A stretch of 60,997 bases of DNA, filler included. It is 7 parts of 7 records of this genome, joined end to end, with 100 filler letters (N's around TTAATTAATTAA, not from the genome) between each part and the next. Parts side by side here need not be neighbours in the genome. Positions count along the whole stretch, not along the records: positions 16,132 to 36,065 come from SRR20825010_5621; positions 36,166 to 39,808 come from SRR20825010_5633; 5 more parts are not named here. One strand, written 5' to 3'. Positions within the stretch are counted from its first letter, which is position 1. Each line of letters begins with the position of its first letter. Shown here in pieces: positions 28,242-37,771 of the stretch. A model generated the notes under the pieces. That model was not told the origin of the DNA, ran no database searches, and worked only from the letters and a program-made list of their open reading frames with translations. Made by a program: the position numbers and the translations under genes.

Positions 28242-30740
28242 CTAGCTAAGCAGATTGAGCATGCCGCCGCCGCCGCTGATATTCTGGAAGAGGCCAACCA
28301 AAGCTGCGTTCTTGGGCTGCACTGTGGTGCTGCCCCCGATCGCTTCCAGATCCTTCTTTACCAGATACTGCTCAATGAACTTGATCGCGTAATTCGTGTT
28401 CTCTAGCGGCTTCAGGAAATCGAGGTTCTCAGCCGATCCGCTGGTATTGCTGAGCGCTGACTGTTTCTCGCTTAGAATCGATTGCTGGATATTCAGCGTG
28501 AACTTCTCGGCATTGATCCGGCTCAGCGTCGAGCCGACCGAGAACAACGCATCGTTCAGGATACTCTCACGCGATGCCGCCGCCCCACCGCTCACGGCGG
28601 CATACTGAAGCGAACTCAGGGAGTTTTCGAATTCTTCCTTGAAGCCACCCTGCGCATCGACCGTGATTGTCGTCGCTAGCGTCCCGAGAACGACCTTAAG
28701 GTCTCTCCCGTATTCTTTGAGAAGGTTGTCCCCGCTCTCGCCGGCACGTTCGATAATTTCGTCCAGATCGCCCCGAATCTGACGGATTTCAGCATCGATA
28801 GAGCCAAGCGGATCCGCTACATTCGCCGCGAAATCAAAAACTTTCCGATCCGTGACCAGGTTGTCTTTCAACTCGGAAAGAGAGTCCGTTACCGTCGTGT
28901 CGATGTTGCTCAGAATACCGTTCGCGTTTGCTGCGGAAAGGTTGGCGGGCAAGCCACCAAGAATATCGGCATCCAGAGAACCGCCCCGGGCATCAATGCT
29001 TTTCCCGGAATTTGCATCAGCCTCATAGCTGATCGTTCCGCTGGTTAACAGATTGTCGAATGTGAATGTGTTCGTTCCGTCTGTCGCCGAACCGGCGTTG
29101 TTGATCAGCGATGTCAATTCATCAAGTTTTGCGCCGTATTTCGCGTTCAAGTCGTCGATATCAGCGTCTTCCGCCTGAGCATCCAGTGCCAGCGCACGAA
29201 TCTCGGAGATCACGCCCGCAGCTTTGGCGAGGCGCGTAAGGCTGTCATCGACCGCAGAAATCCCTTGGGACAGAGACTGGGTATTCAGAGAGTAGCCGAA
29301 ATTCACGCTCTTCACGCTGCCGGTGAAACTGGAAGCGTTAACGCCATTCTGAATATTCGCGGATTTGAAATCCTTTTCGATCGAATCGAAATCGGCCTCG
29401 GCCGCCGCAATGCCGGAAGACAGGCTCCCCAGATTGATTGCCTGAAAAGCCGTGTTCGCATTATCCAGATTTGTCAGAAAATCGGAAAGATCCGAAGAAC
29501 CAGTCACAACCGCAGTGCCATCCGCCTTCACGACTGTCGTCACCTTGGTTGACGGCAGGGCATCGATCCCGCTCCCCGCATCTCCTGACGGTAACAGCAG
29601 ATTTTCGGTCGTTCCCGCAGCGCTATCGGTGTAATTCGACCCCTTGATGAAACCGTCAGCGTCGGTGATTTCGGATACCAACCGGTCGAACTCGCTCTTC
29701 AGCGCATCAAGCTCTTCCTGGGTTTCAACCTCGGCCGCTTCCTTGAAGATCGCATCAATGCGCTTAATGTTTGTGTCTGTGTTGGTCAGTGCCTTTTCGG
29801 CGGATGCTATCAGCCCCTGCTGACGGATCAGCTCCGGGATTGCCGCTTCCTGAACCGGGATTTCGTCCGCAAGAACCCCGCCCGGATCCGTAACATTATC
29901 GATATCCAGCAAATGGATGCGAAGAGTCTCAAGCTGATCCTGCAGGGAAGACAGCTCAACACTTGCGTTGGTGGTTGCGGCAAGTCCGGTTTTGATGGCG
30001 CTCAGATCGTCGTTGACCAGATCGAGTTGAGTCTTGGAGGCACTTTCCCCGTCCCGGTCCAACGTGTTCAGCTTGTCAAAATCAAGTTTAGCATCGATCA
30101 GGGATTGCTGCTTGAGCACGGATTGATTGGCTATCTGAGCCGGCAGGCTAAGAGCCGTCGTCACGATGTTACGCAGCGGCAGATCGCCAAGAATTTCGAG
30201 TGCGCTATCAACTTCATTGATACGCCGCAGGAAAAACACCGCCTCGCGTGCCGCCGGGCTTTCAAGTCCGATTGAAACCTCAAACGCGTTGGTCAGATAA
30301 TCATCAATGACCTCGGTCTGCGCGTCAGCCGACTGTAGCTTTGTAAAGCCTTCATTCTCGACGTTCAGGAACTTCGTAAACTCACCGTAGCGCGCATCGG
30401 CCAGCCGGTTCGAGTAGGAATTCGGATCATCCGGATCACTGTTTATGATCGCTTTCAGCTTGCCGGGATTATTGAGTTCCGATTCCAGACCAAAGGCCGT
30501 CAGAACGAATTCGAGAGTTTTCCGGTCCGCCAGAAAATCCTCAACCGACTTGATCTCGCTCGCGCTCGACTGAAAATTTTTGATGCTTTTCTGAACAGCC
30601 GCGCTTTCATAGAAATCGCGGCGCGCACCTTCGGGGTCCCGCTTGTATTTTGCGAAAGCAGCAACACCCGTCGTGGTCCCGCCACTGCTGGTGCTGTAAG
30701 ATCCACCCAAAATGCTCAATGCGGCGGCTGCGTTAGTCAT
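28242..30740 (-). CDS. DUF1217-family flagellar-associated protein with a large flagellin-like insertion (832 aa)
   Basis: aa ~25-225 carry DUF1217-type motifs (IKSVEDFLADRKTLEFVLTAFGLE, SDPDDPNSYSNRLADARY, YLTNAFEVSIG, ILGDLPLRNIVTTALSLP, KQQSLIDAKLD); the terminal helix KFIEQYL is displaced to aa ~787; the interval has repeated helical modules ending in NLL. Confidence 0.75.
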   Translation of the reverse strand: MTNAAAALSILGGSYSTSSGGTTTGVAAFAKYKRDPEGARRDFYESAAVQKSIKNFQSSASEIKSVEDFLADRKTLEFVLTAFGLESELNNPGKLKAIINSDPDDPNSYSNRLADARYGEFTKFLNVENEGFTKLQSADAQTEVIDDYLTNAFEVSIGLESPAAREAVFFLRRINEVDSALEILGDLPLRNIVTTALSLPAQIANQSVLKQQSLIDAKLDFDKLNTLDRDGESASKTQLDLVNDDLSAIKTGLAATTNASVELSSLQDQLETLRIHLLDIDNVTDPGGVLADEIPVQEAAIPELIRQQGLIASAEKALTNTDTNIKRIDAIFKEAAEVETQEELDALKSEFDRLVSEITDADGFIKGSNYTDSAAGTTENLLLPSGDAGSGIDALPSTKVTTVVKADGTAVVTGSSDLSDFLTNLDNANTAFQAINLGSLSSGIAAAEADFDSIEKDFKSANIQNGVNASSFTGSVKSVNFGYSLNTQSLSQGISAVDDSLTRLAKAAGVISEIRALALDAQAEDADIDDLNAKYGAKLDELTSLINNAGSATDGTNTFTFDNLLTSGTISYEADANSGKSIDARGGSLDADILGGLPANLSAANANGILSNIDTTVTDSLSELKDNLVTDRKVFDFAANVADPLGSIDAEIRQIRGDLDEIIERAGESGDNLLKEYGRDLKVVLGTLATTITVDAQGGFKEEFENSLSSLQYAAVSGGAAASRESILNDALFSVGSTLSRINAEKFTLNIQQSILSEKQSALSNTSGSAENLDFLKPLENTNYAIKFIEQYLVKKDLEAIGGSTTVQPKNAALVGLFQNISGGGGMLNLLS

Positions 30741-30792
30741 CGAACCCTCTGCTTCTGCTTGTTTTATGCAGATACATTAACAAAAATTAACA

Positions 30793-30808
30793 TGCACAAA
30801 ACGGGCCA
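30793..30808 (-). promoter_or_regulatory. Sigma54 (-24/-12) promoter of the DUF1217 gene
   Basis: Minus strand TGGCCCGTTTTGTGCA = GG-N10-GC, ending 52 nt before the ATG, in an AT-rich intergenic region. Confidence 0.65.
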
Positions 30809-30943
30809 TCTCTTCTGAGATCGCAAAACACATAGCATTTTTTTCTGCAAACTACAATGCAAGATAGAGTCTCGCGCAATTGCACCCGCGGGCATCCTGC
30901 GATTATAGTTGCCGCCCTTCCAACCCCCCCTCGTGGACCCGCC

Positions 30944-32725
30944 ATGTTTACCACCAGACCCGAAATACGCGGCACCTTCGGTGTCGTTGCCTCTACGCAC
31001 TGGCTTGCTTCTTCGGCCGGCATGGCGATCCTTGAACGCGGCGGAAATGCATTCGATGCCGCGGTCGCAGCCGGTTTCGTGCTGCAGATCGTCGAGCCGC
31101 ATCTGAACGGCCCTGGCGGTGACCTGCCATTGATCATGCACAGCGCCAAACAGAACCGCACACAGGTAATCTGCGGTCAGGGACCGGCGCCGAAAGCCGC
31201 GACGATCCCGGCGATCCGCGACCTCGGACTCGATCTGATCCCCGGCAGCGGCCTGCTTGCGGCCGTGACACCGGGCGCCTTCGATACCTGGATGCTGATG
31301 CTGCGGGACCACGGCACCATGGGCCTCGGCGACGTTCTGGAATATGCCATTGGCTATGCCCGTAATGGCTATCCTGTCGTGTCGAAAATCACCGACACAG
31401 TCGAGACCGTGCGCGGGCTTTTCGAAACCGAATGGCCGACCTCGGCTGCGATCTATCTGAAAGACGGCAAGGCGCCAACACCGGGCGCTTTGTTCTCCAA
31501 CCCGAAGCTGGCCGATACCTACGAGCGGATCGTGCGTGAAGCGGAAACGGGTGGCGGAAACCGCGAAGCCCAGATCGACCGGGCACGGGATATCTGGTAT
31601 CGTGGCTGGATTGCGGAAACCATCGACCGGTTCTGCCGGGATGCCTACATGGACGCGACCGGCCGGCGCCATAAGGCCCTGCTCACCGGAGACGATCTTG
31701 CAAGCTGGTCGGCGACGTATGAAGATGCGCTGACCTACGACTATGGCCGCTATACCGTTGCGAAATGCGGCGCCTGGAGCCAGGGGCCCGTCATGCTGCA
31801 GCAGCTGTCCCTGCTGAAAGCCATGGGCATTGCCGACATGGACCCGACAGGCCCTGATTTCGTTCATGCCGTAACAGAAACCTCCAAGCTCTCCTACGCC
31901 GACCGCGAGGCCTATTACGGTGACCCTGACTTCGTCGATGTGCCGATGGAAACGCTGCTGAGCGACGCATATGCGGAAAGCCGCCGGGCGCTTGTTGGCA
32001 AAGACGCGTCCGACGCGTTCATTGCCGGTACCATCGAAGGCTACAGCAACAATATATCCCACTCCCTGCTGCCGCATGCTCAGGACATTTCCGGTGCCGG
32101 CATGGGCGTTGGCGAGCCGACCGTCGGCAAGATGGGAGAGGCCCGGGGCGACACGGTTCATATCGACATTATCGACAAGCACGGCAACATGGTCTCGGCT
32201 ACGCCCAGCGGCGGTTGGCTGCAAAGCTCGCCGATCATTCCCGAACTCGGCTTCTGCCTCGGCAACCGGGCACAGATGTTCTGGCTGGAGGAAGGCTCGC
32301 CTTCCACTCTGGCGCCGGGCAAGCGCCCGCGCACCACACTGTCGCCTTCCTTCGCGCTGCGTGACGGCGAGGCCTATATGCCATTCGGCACGCCGGGCGG
32401 AGACCAGCAGGACCAATGGTCGCTCTTATTGTTCCTGCACCATGCGGATCACGGCATGAACCTGCAGGAAGCGATCGACTGCCCGGCCTTCCACAACGAG
32501 CATTTCCCGAGTTCGTTCTGGCCGCGCGGCCGGATCAACAAGCGTCTGGTGCTGGAAGACAGGTTCCCGCAGGAGACCTATGCCGAACTGCGCCGCCGTG
32601 GGCACGATCTGGAGGTCGGCGATCCCTGGTCGGAGGGCCGTCTGACGGCGGCGGCCAAGGATGGGGATATGCTGCGAGCCGCCGCCAACCCGCGCGGCAT
32701 GCAGGGATATGCCGTCGGCCGCTAA
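30944..32725 (+). CDS. Gamma-glutamyltransferase family Ntn-hydrolase (cytoplasmic type)
   Basis: GGNAFDAAVA, VEPHLNGPGGD, DTVH (Thr nucleophile), PGKRPRTTLSP, FGTPGGDQQDQ; no signal peptide. Confidence 0.92.
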   Translation: MFTTRPEIRGTFGVVASTHWLASSAGMAILERGGNAFDAAVAAGFVLQIVEPHLNGPGGDLPLIMHSAKQNRTQVICGQGPAPKAATIPAIRDLGLDLIPGSGLLAAVTPGAFDTWMLMLRDHGTMGLGDVLEYAIGYARNGYPVVSKITDTVETVRGLFETEWPTSAAIYLKDGKAPTPGALFSNPKLADTYERIVREAETGGGNREAQIDRARDIWYRGWIAETIDRFCRDAYMDATGRRHKALLTGDDLASWSATYEDALTYDYGRYTVAKCGAWSQGPVMLQQLSLLKAMGIADMDPTGPDFVHAVTETSKLSYADREAYYGDPDFVDVPMETLLSDAYAESRRALVGKDASDAFIAGTIEGYSNNISHSLLPHAQDISGAGMGVGEPTVGKMGEARGDTVHIDIIDKHGNMVSATPSGGWLQSSPIIPELGFCLGNRAQMFWLEEGSPSTLAPGKRPRTTLSPSFALRDGEAYMPFGTPGGDQQDQWSLLLFLHHADHGMNLQEAIDCPAFHNEHFPSSFWPRGRINKRLVLEDRFPQETYAELRRRGHDLEVGDPWSEGRLTAAAKDGDMLRAAANPRGMQGYAVGR

Positions 32726-32982
32726 AGCGGCCGGCTCCGTGCGGCCTGCTCCATCAGGCCTGTCGTAAGATATTCCCGGAGATAAAGCGCGAGATCGTCA
32801 GAGAGCGAGATCGCGCGTTCCCGTCCATCGTCGAACCGGAAGGTAATGACGAACCGGTCATCAACGAGATCGATGACGAATGACGAGACCTCCGGGATAT
32901 CGCCCGCCGACTCCTGCCTCAGACGCTCGTGGGGCTGTTTCATGAAAAAATCCAGCCACTCGCGCGCTTCCTTGTCCTGCAT
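32722..32982 (-). CDS. Hypothetical protein (86 aa)
   Basis: ATG after a GGGGGA RBS, fills the gap between ggt and fliL, 4-nt stop overlap with ggt; no recognisable motif. Confidence 0.55.
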   Translation of the reverse strand: MQDKEAREWLDFFMKQPHERLRQESAGDIPEVSSFVIDLVDDRFVITFRFDDGRERAISLSDDLALYLREYLTTGLMEQAARSRPL

Positions 32983-33121
32983 TATCCCCCCACTCCTCCG
33001 GCCCGCAACAGTATCATAGGATCGAAGCTCCAGAGGATTGCAGCGGAAATACTGTTCATTCAAATAGGATAACTGCTAGTGCATAAGCAATAACGGCCCC
33101 GGTCAGAATGGAGCGCGCCCC

Positions 33122-33628
33122 GTGAAGAAACTCATCATCTTCGTCACCCTGCCGCTGATGCTCATTGTCGGCGCTGGAATGGGGGCAGTGATGTTCGGGC
33201 TGATTCCGGGATTCGATCCGCTCGGAACACAGAAAAAAAACGGCATGGCCAACGCGAACAGCGAGCCGAAAGAAGAGCCCTTTCTGAACGAGGCACCGCC
33301 GACATTCGCATCCTCCCCGCCCGGCGCCATTAACTTTCAGCTTGAAGAGTTCGTTATCAATCTGCAGACCGAACGGCATTATCCGATCTTCATGCTGCTC
33401 AGTGTCGCCTTGGAACTCAAGGATCAGGCGGCACAGGTCCGGGTGAGTGCTCTTGAGCCGCGCATCAGGGACAAGGTGATCATCTTCGCCAGCAGCCTGA
33501 CCGAACAGGAACTGAGAGGATTCGACGGTATCAATAAAATCAGGGACGGACTCTGGGTCCGGCTGCGCCAGATCATCGCCAAGGAGGATCTGCTGAATGT
33601 GCAGATCCTGAAGATGACAATCAAATAG
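33122..33628 (+). CDS. fliL: Flagellar basal body-associated FliL family protein
   Basis: Single N-terminal TM, LEEFVINL, LSVALE, PRIRD...L.EL.G.DG. Confidence 0.82.
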   Translation: MKKLIIFVTLPLMLIVGAGMGAVMFGLIPGFDPLGTQKKNGMANANSEPKEEPFLNEAPPTFASSPPGAINFQLEEFVINLQTERHYPIFMLLSVALELKDQAAQVRVSALEPRIRDKVIIFASSLTEQELRGFDGINKIRDGLWVRLRQIIAKEDLLNVQILKMTIK

Positions 33629-34337
33629 ACGCCGCTTTTTCCAATTTGCCGGTCTCGGTTTCAATCACCTCTTCAAGCCGGGCCATGAACGTCTTCCGGT
33701 CGAGCCCCGGCGGGATCGGCTCAAGAATATGGACGTCGATCACACCCGGATATTTCATGAAGCTCTCCCGGGCCCAGAACTGACCGGAATTAAGGGCAAT
33801 GGGCACCACCGGAAGGTTCAGTGCGCGATAGAGGGCAAAGACACCCGGGTGATATGCCTGCTCGGCGCCCGGGGCGACACGGGTACCCTGCGGGAAGATC
33901 ACAACTGGCCGCCCTTCGGCAACCCGCTCCTCCGCCGCCTTGACCATCAGCTTCAGCGCACCGGCACCCGCCGACCGGTCGATCGGCACCATGCCGACCC
34001 GGCGGAAATACCAGCCTATCACAGGCAATTTCAGCAATTCCTGTTTCAACACGATGGCCGGATCCCGGCAAAACAGCTGCAGCGCGATCGTCTCCCACGC
34101 AGACTGATGCTTGCAGGCTATCAACACCGGACCGTCCGGCATCCGCTCCCTTCCGGTCAAGCGCCAGCGCAATCCCACAACAAGGCCGAGCAGCGTGATA
34201 ACACTGCGCGACCAGGCATCCCGAACGGCGCAAACCCAGCTTCGCGGGCCGAGACAAGCCGGCAGCAACAGCAGGCCGACAATTGGCGTGAGCGTGTAGA
34301 AGAGAGTGTTAAACAGCGTTGCCCGGAAGGCTTTCAT
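33621..34337 (-). CDS. plsC: 1-acyl-sn-glycerol-3-phosphate acyltransferase
   Basis: KHQSAWET, KQEL, IDR, IFPQGTR, VVPIALNSG. Confidence 0.9.
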   Translation of the reverse strand: MKAFRATLFNTLFYTLTPIVGLLLLPACLGPRSWVCAVRDAWSRSVITLLGLVVGLRWRLTGRERMPDGPVLIACKHQSAWETIALQLFCRDPAIVLKQELLKLPVIGWYFRRVGMVPIDRSAGAGALKLMVKAAEERVAEGRPVVIFPQGTRVAPGAEQAYHPGVFALYRALNLPVVPIALNSGQFWARESFMKYPGVIDVHILEPIPPGLDRKTFMARLEEVIETETGKLEKAASI

Positions 34338-34439
34338 TTCAGAATCCCTTGATTTATGGGACACCCTTTACTGAAGAATGCCGGGCCTGTCAGGGCAAAA
34401 CTGACCGCTCGCCCCCTGTCCACCGGAGCCTGAAGCCCG

Positions 34440-34820
34440 ATGAGCGATGTACGAAGCGCCAGTCGCCACGATGACGAACCATGGTTTGCCCGCATGATCG
34501 CCGCACTGGAAGAAAGCGCCCGGGCCGAGCGCACGATCACCTATGCTGAACTTGCCGAGGCAGCGGGCATGCCCGGACCGTATCGGATTCACAGAGTAAC
34601 CGAAGCGCTTGAGGATCTGATCACGTCCGACCACGATGCCGGCTACCCCTTGCGGTCGGCGGCCGCGATCTCGAAAGCCCGGAACGGCCTGCCCGGCCCT
34701 GGCTTCTTCCAGCATTGCGCCGGGATTGGCCTTTACTTCGGTCCCGACACCGGTCCACAGGCGGAAACATTCCACCTTCTGGAGCTGAATCGCCTATTTG
34801 TGAGCTACCGACAGAGTTGA
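34440..34820 (+). CDS. Hypothetical protein with a possible helix-turn-helix
   Basis: TITYAELAEAAGM followed by GLPGPGFF; divergent from plsC. Confidence 0.65.
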   Translation: MSDVRSASRHDDEPWFARMIAALEESARAERTITYAELAEAAGMPGPYRIHRVTEALEDLITSDHDAGYPLRSAAAISKARNGLPGPGFFQHCAGIGLYFGPDTGPQAETFHLLELNRLFVSYRQS

Positions 34821-34906
34821 TTGTCTGGTAATTGCGCCCCTATAAGCTGATTAATTATCCCTACATCCGCTATATTCATCCTTTCAAAATCGAAATGGCT
34901 GGTCCC

Positions 34907-35251
34907 ATGTCTGTTTCCAAATTGCTCGGCGTCACACTCTCGGGAGTTGCCCTGCTCGGGGGATTGGGCATCACACTCGCTATCGCGGCCTTCCCGGCCG
35001 CCATCGTCAGCCAGGAAGGCCGCAAGTTCACCCCCGGTGATATCACCGTTAAAAAGGGCGACATGGTGCGCTTCGTGAACGATGATTTTTACGGCCACAA
35101 CGTCTATTCGGAAACCGAGGGGGCGAGCTTCGATATCGGCCTGCAGCCGCCGGGCGAAAGCCGCGACGTGGTACTGGAAAAGCTCGGTATCGTTGACGTT
35201 CACTGCCGCATTCATCCCCGGATGCGACTGAAAATCACCGTCACCGAATAA
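34907..35251 (+). CDS. Exported cupredoxin (amicyanin/plastocyanin-like type 1 copper protein)
   Basis: Hydrophobic leader, F.PGDITVKKGD.VRFVN, HNVY (first His), CRIHPRM = C-x2-H-x2-M copper loop. Confidence 0.85.
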   Translation: MSVSKLLGVTLSGVALLGGLGITLAIAAFPAAIVSQEGRKFTPGDITVKKGDMVRFVNDDFYGHNVYSETEGASFDIGLQPPGESRDVVLEKLGIVDVHCRIHPRMRLKITVTE

Positions 35252-35261
35252 CCCGCGAGCG

Positions 35262-36065
35262 ATGTCCCTCCGCCTCAAACTGATCGGCGCATTTCTGGTG
35301 GCCGTGCTGGCCGCAGGCGCTCTGGCGGGAACCAGTTTTTTTGCCACATGGTCCCTCGGCGACATCGCCAAGGCACTGTATGACCGGCCGCTGCAATCGA
35401 TCAATTTCGCCCGTTCGGCCCAGACCAATTTCCTAGTCATGGAGCTGGAGGAACGGCTGACCGGGGCCGCGACGGAAGAGCACCTTGCCAAATTGCGCGA
35501 GGATTTCTTCATCGACCTTGAAGTTGCCACGGACCGCCGGATGTCCGAACGGACGCTCGAGCTCGCGGAAATCCTGCACACGGATTTCGAGGCATGGTGG
35601 GACGTTGCCCATGCGGCAAGAAACGACCCGGCCATAAAGCCCGATCGCGACGCCATCGCAGACAGGATCAAGGTCAATCTGGACATCCTGGTGCAGGTTG
35701 CCGCCGAAGACGGATACCGCTTCTGGCTCGCTGCCGAGCAAAGCGTCAACGACACCAAACGGCTGACCAGCTACATCCTCGCCGGCGTGCTTGTCGTCTC
35801 GCTGATCGTCGCCGGCTTGCTTGCCCGCAACATCATCCGCCCCCTGAACCGGTTGGCCAAGGGCACCATCTCCCTCGCCTCGGGAGACCGTTCCGTCGCC
35901 GTCGATGAGCGCGACCAGGCCCGGGGTGACGAGATCGGCGGCATGGCGCGCTCCCTGCTGGTGTTCCGCGACGTCATGAACGAAGTGCGCGAGGCACGGG
36001 ACAGCGCCGAGGCCGCCGCCAAGGCGAAGTCGGACTTCCTGGCCATGATGAGCCATGAGATCCGC
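35262..36065 (+). CDS. Membrane sensor histidine kinase (TM, periplasmic helical bundle, TM, HAMP, HisKA), 3' truncated
   Basis: Two TM segments, HAMP (IIRPLNRL...RGDEIGGMARSL), AKSDFLAMMSHEIR H-box at the contig edge. Confidence 0.9.
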
Positions 36066-36165
36066 NNNNNNNNNNNNNNNNNNNNNNNNNNNNNNNNNNN
36101 NNNNNNNNNTTAATTAATTAANNNNNNNNNNNNNNNNNNNNNNNNNNNNNNNNNNNNNNNNNNNN
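36066..36165. other. Artificial contig spacer
   Basis: 44 N + TTAATTAATTAA + 44 N. Confidence 0.99.
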
Positions 36166-37771
36166 CGCGGACATGTCCGCGGGGGCGATCGACCATGCAG
36201 AGGCTAAGCGCCGCCGTGAAACTGAACAACAAGAGACAACCTTTTTCGGGTCTCTCGACGGCGCGTCGAAATTCGTCAAGGGCGACGCAGTTGCCGGCCT
36301 TTTGATCACCATATTGAACCTCGTCATGGGGATCATCATGGGCACCGTAATGCATGGTATGCCGCTGAGTAGCGCGCTTGAAACTTATGCGATCCTGACC
36401 GTGGGTGACGGGTTGGTATCCCAAATTCCGGCTGTGATTATTTCGATTGCAGCGGGTCTCTTACTGGCACGTGGGGGGGCGACCGGGGCAACGGACGTTG
36501 CCGTGGCAGCCCAACTCGGGCGACATCCCTCGGCGCTCTTGGCGGTTGCCGTGCTGATGGTGCTTTTTGCGCTGGTTCCGGGCCTGCCCTTTGTGCCCTT
36601 CATTCTTGGCGGCGGGGTTCTTGGCGGGACGGCCTGGTGGTTGTCCAGACGCCCCCCTGAAACAGAAGACAGCACAGAAGCTGCTGAGGAAGAGCCTGGG
36701 CCAACCGTTCAGCACATGGGCGACGTCCTTGATTTGGACGATATCCATGTCGAATTTGCACCCGATCTGGTCAATATGGTGTTGGATCCGGGCACTGGAC
36801 TGGACGTCAGAATAGCCAACATGCGGCGTCACATTGCGTCAAATTTCGGCCTCGTCCTGCCAGAGATCCGGCTGACGGACGCCCCTTCTTTGCCGACCGG
36901 CACCTATGTGATCCGCATCCACGGAGTCGAAATGGCGCGGGGTGAGTTGAATCCCGACTTCGTTCTTGCACTTTTGCCGGAGTTCAGCGGTGCTCTGCCG
37001 CAGGGACGTGACGTTTCCGAACCAGTCTACGGTGCGCCCGCACGCTGGTTGCGGCCCGAGGATCAGGAAAAAGCCGCGATCACCGGAGCGACCATCGTCT
37101 CACCGACCGAGGTGTTGGCAACGCACTTGCTTGAAGTTATCCGCCGCAACTTTGGTCGACTTCTGACGTTGAAGGCGCTGCGCCGTCTGCTGGATGAAAT
37201 GGTTTCTCTCAGCAATCAGTCCCGTGCCGAAGCAAATCGCAAGCTGCTGGATGAGCTGATCCCGGACAAAGTGCAAATCGACACCCTACTTCAGGTGCTG
37301 CGGCTCTTGTTGGATGAACAGGTTTCGGTGCGCAACCTACCGTTGATCCTTGAGACAATTGCCGAAATGCGGGGCCAGCAATCCCAGGCCGAGGCTATCT
37401 GTGAACATGTGCGTCAGCGCCTAGGCTTTCAGCTTGTGGCAGGGATGCGACGCGATGACGGGACTATTCCACTCGTCCAACTTGCCCCGGAATGGGAAGA
37501 AACCTTTTTGTCGTACCAAGTTGAAAGTAGCCAAGGCGCGCTGGACGTTGCATTGCCGCCGGACAAGTTTGAGGCGCTCACCAGCGGCCTGGCGGAAACC
37601 ATTGGCGAAGCGGCTAACCGGGGTGTCTCTGCCGCCGTGGTCACCTCTGCCCGACGCCGAAGATTCTTGCGCACGGTTATGGTTGCCAAGGGCCTCAATG
37701 CGCCGGTCATGTCCTATGAAGAAATTGGGTTGGAGGCACGGCCTGCACTGGTTGGGGTAGTGGCCGCGTGA
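36166..37771 (+). CDS. flhA: Flagellar export protein FlhA, 5' truncated
   Basis: FFGSLDGASKFVKGDAVAG, LTVGDGLVSQIPA, LLDEQVSVRNL, VMSYEEI. Confidence 0.96.

Noticed and set aside
30764-32416. 550-aa minus-strand ORF, and similar long ORFs at 13299-14435, 20940-21965 and 21499-22893
   Set aside because: They lie antisense to well-supported genes and are explained by codon bias.
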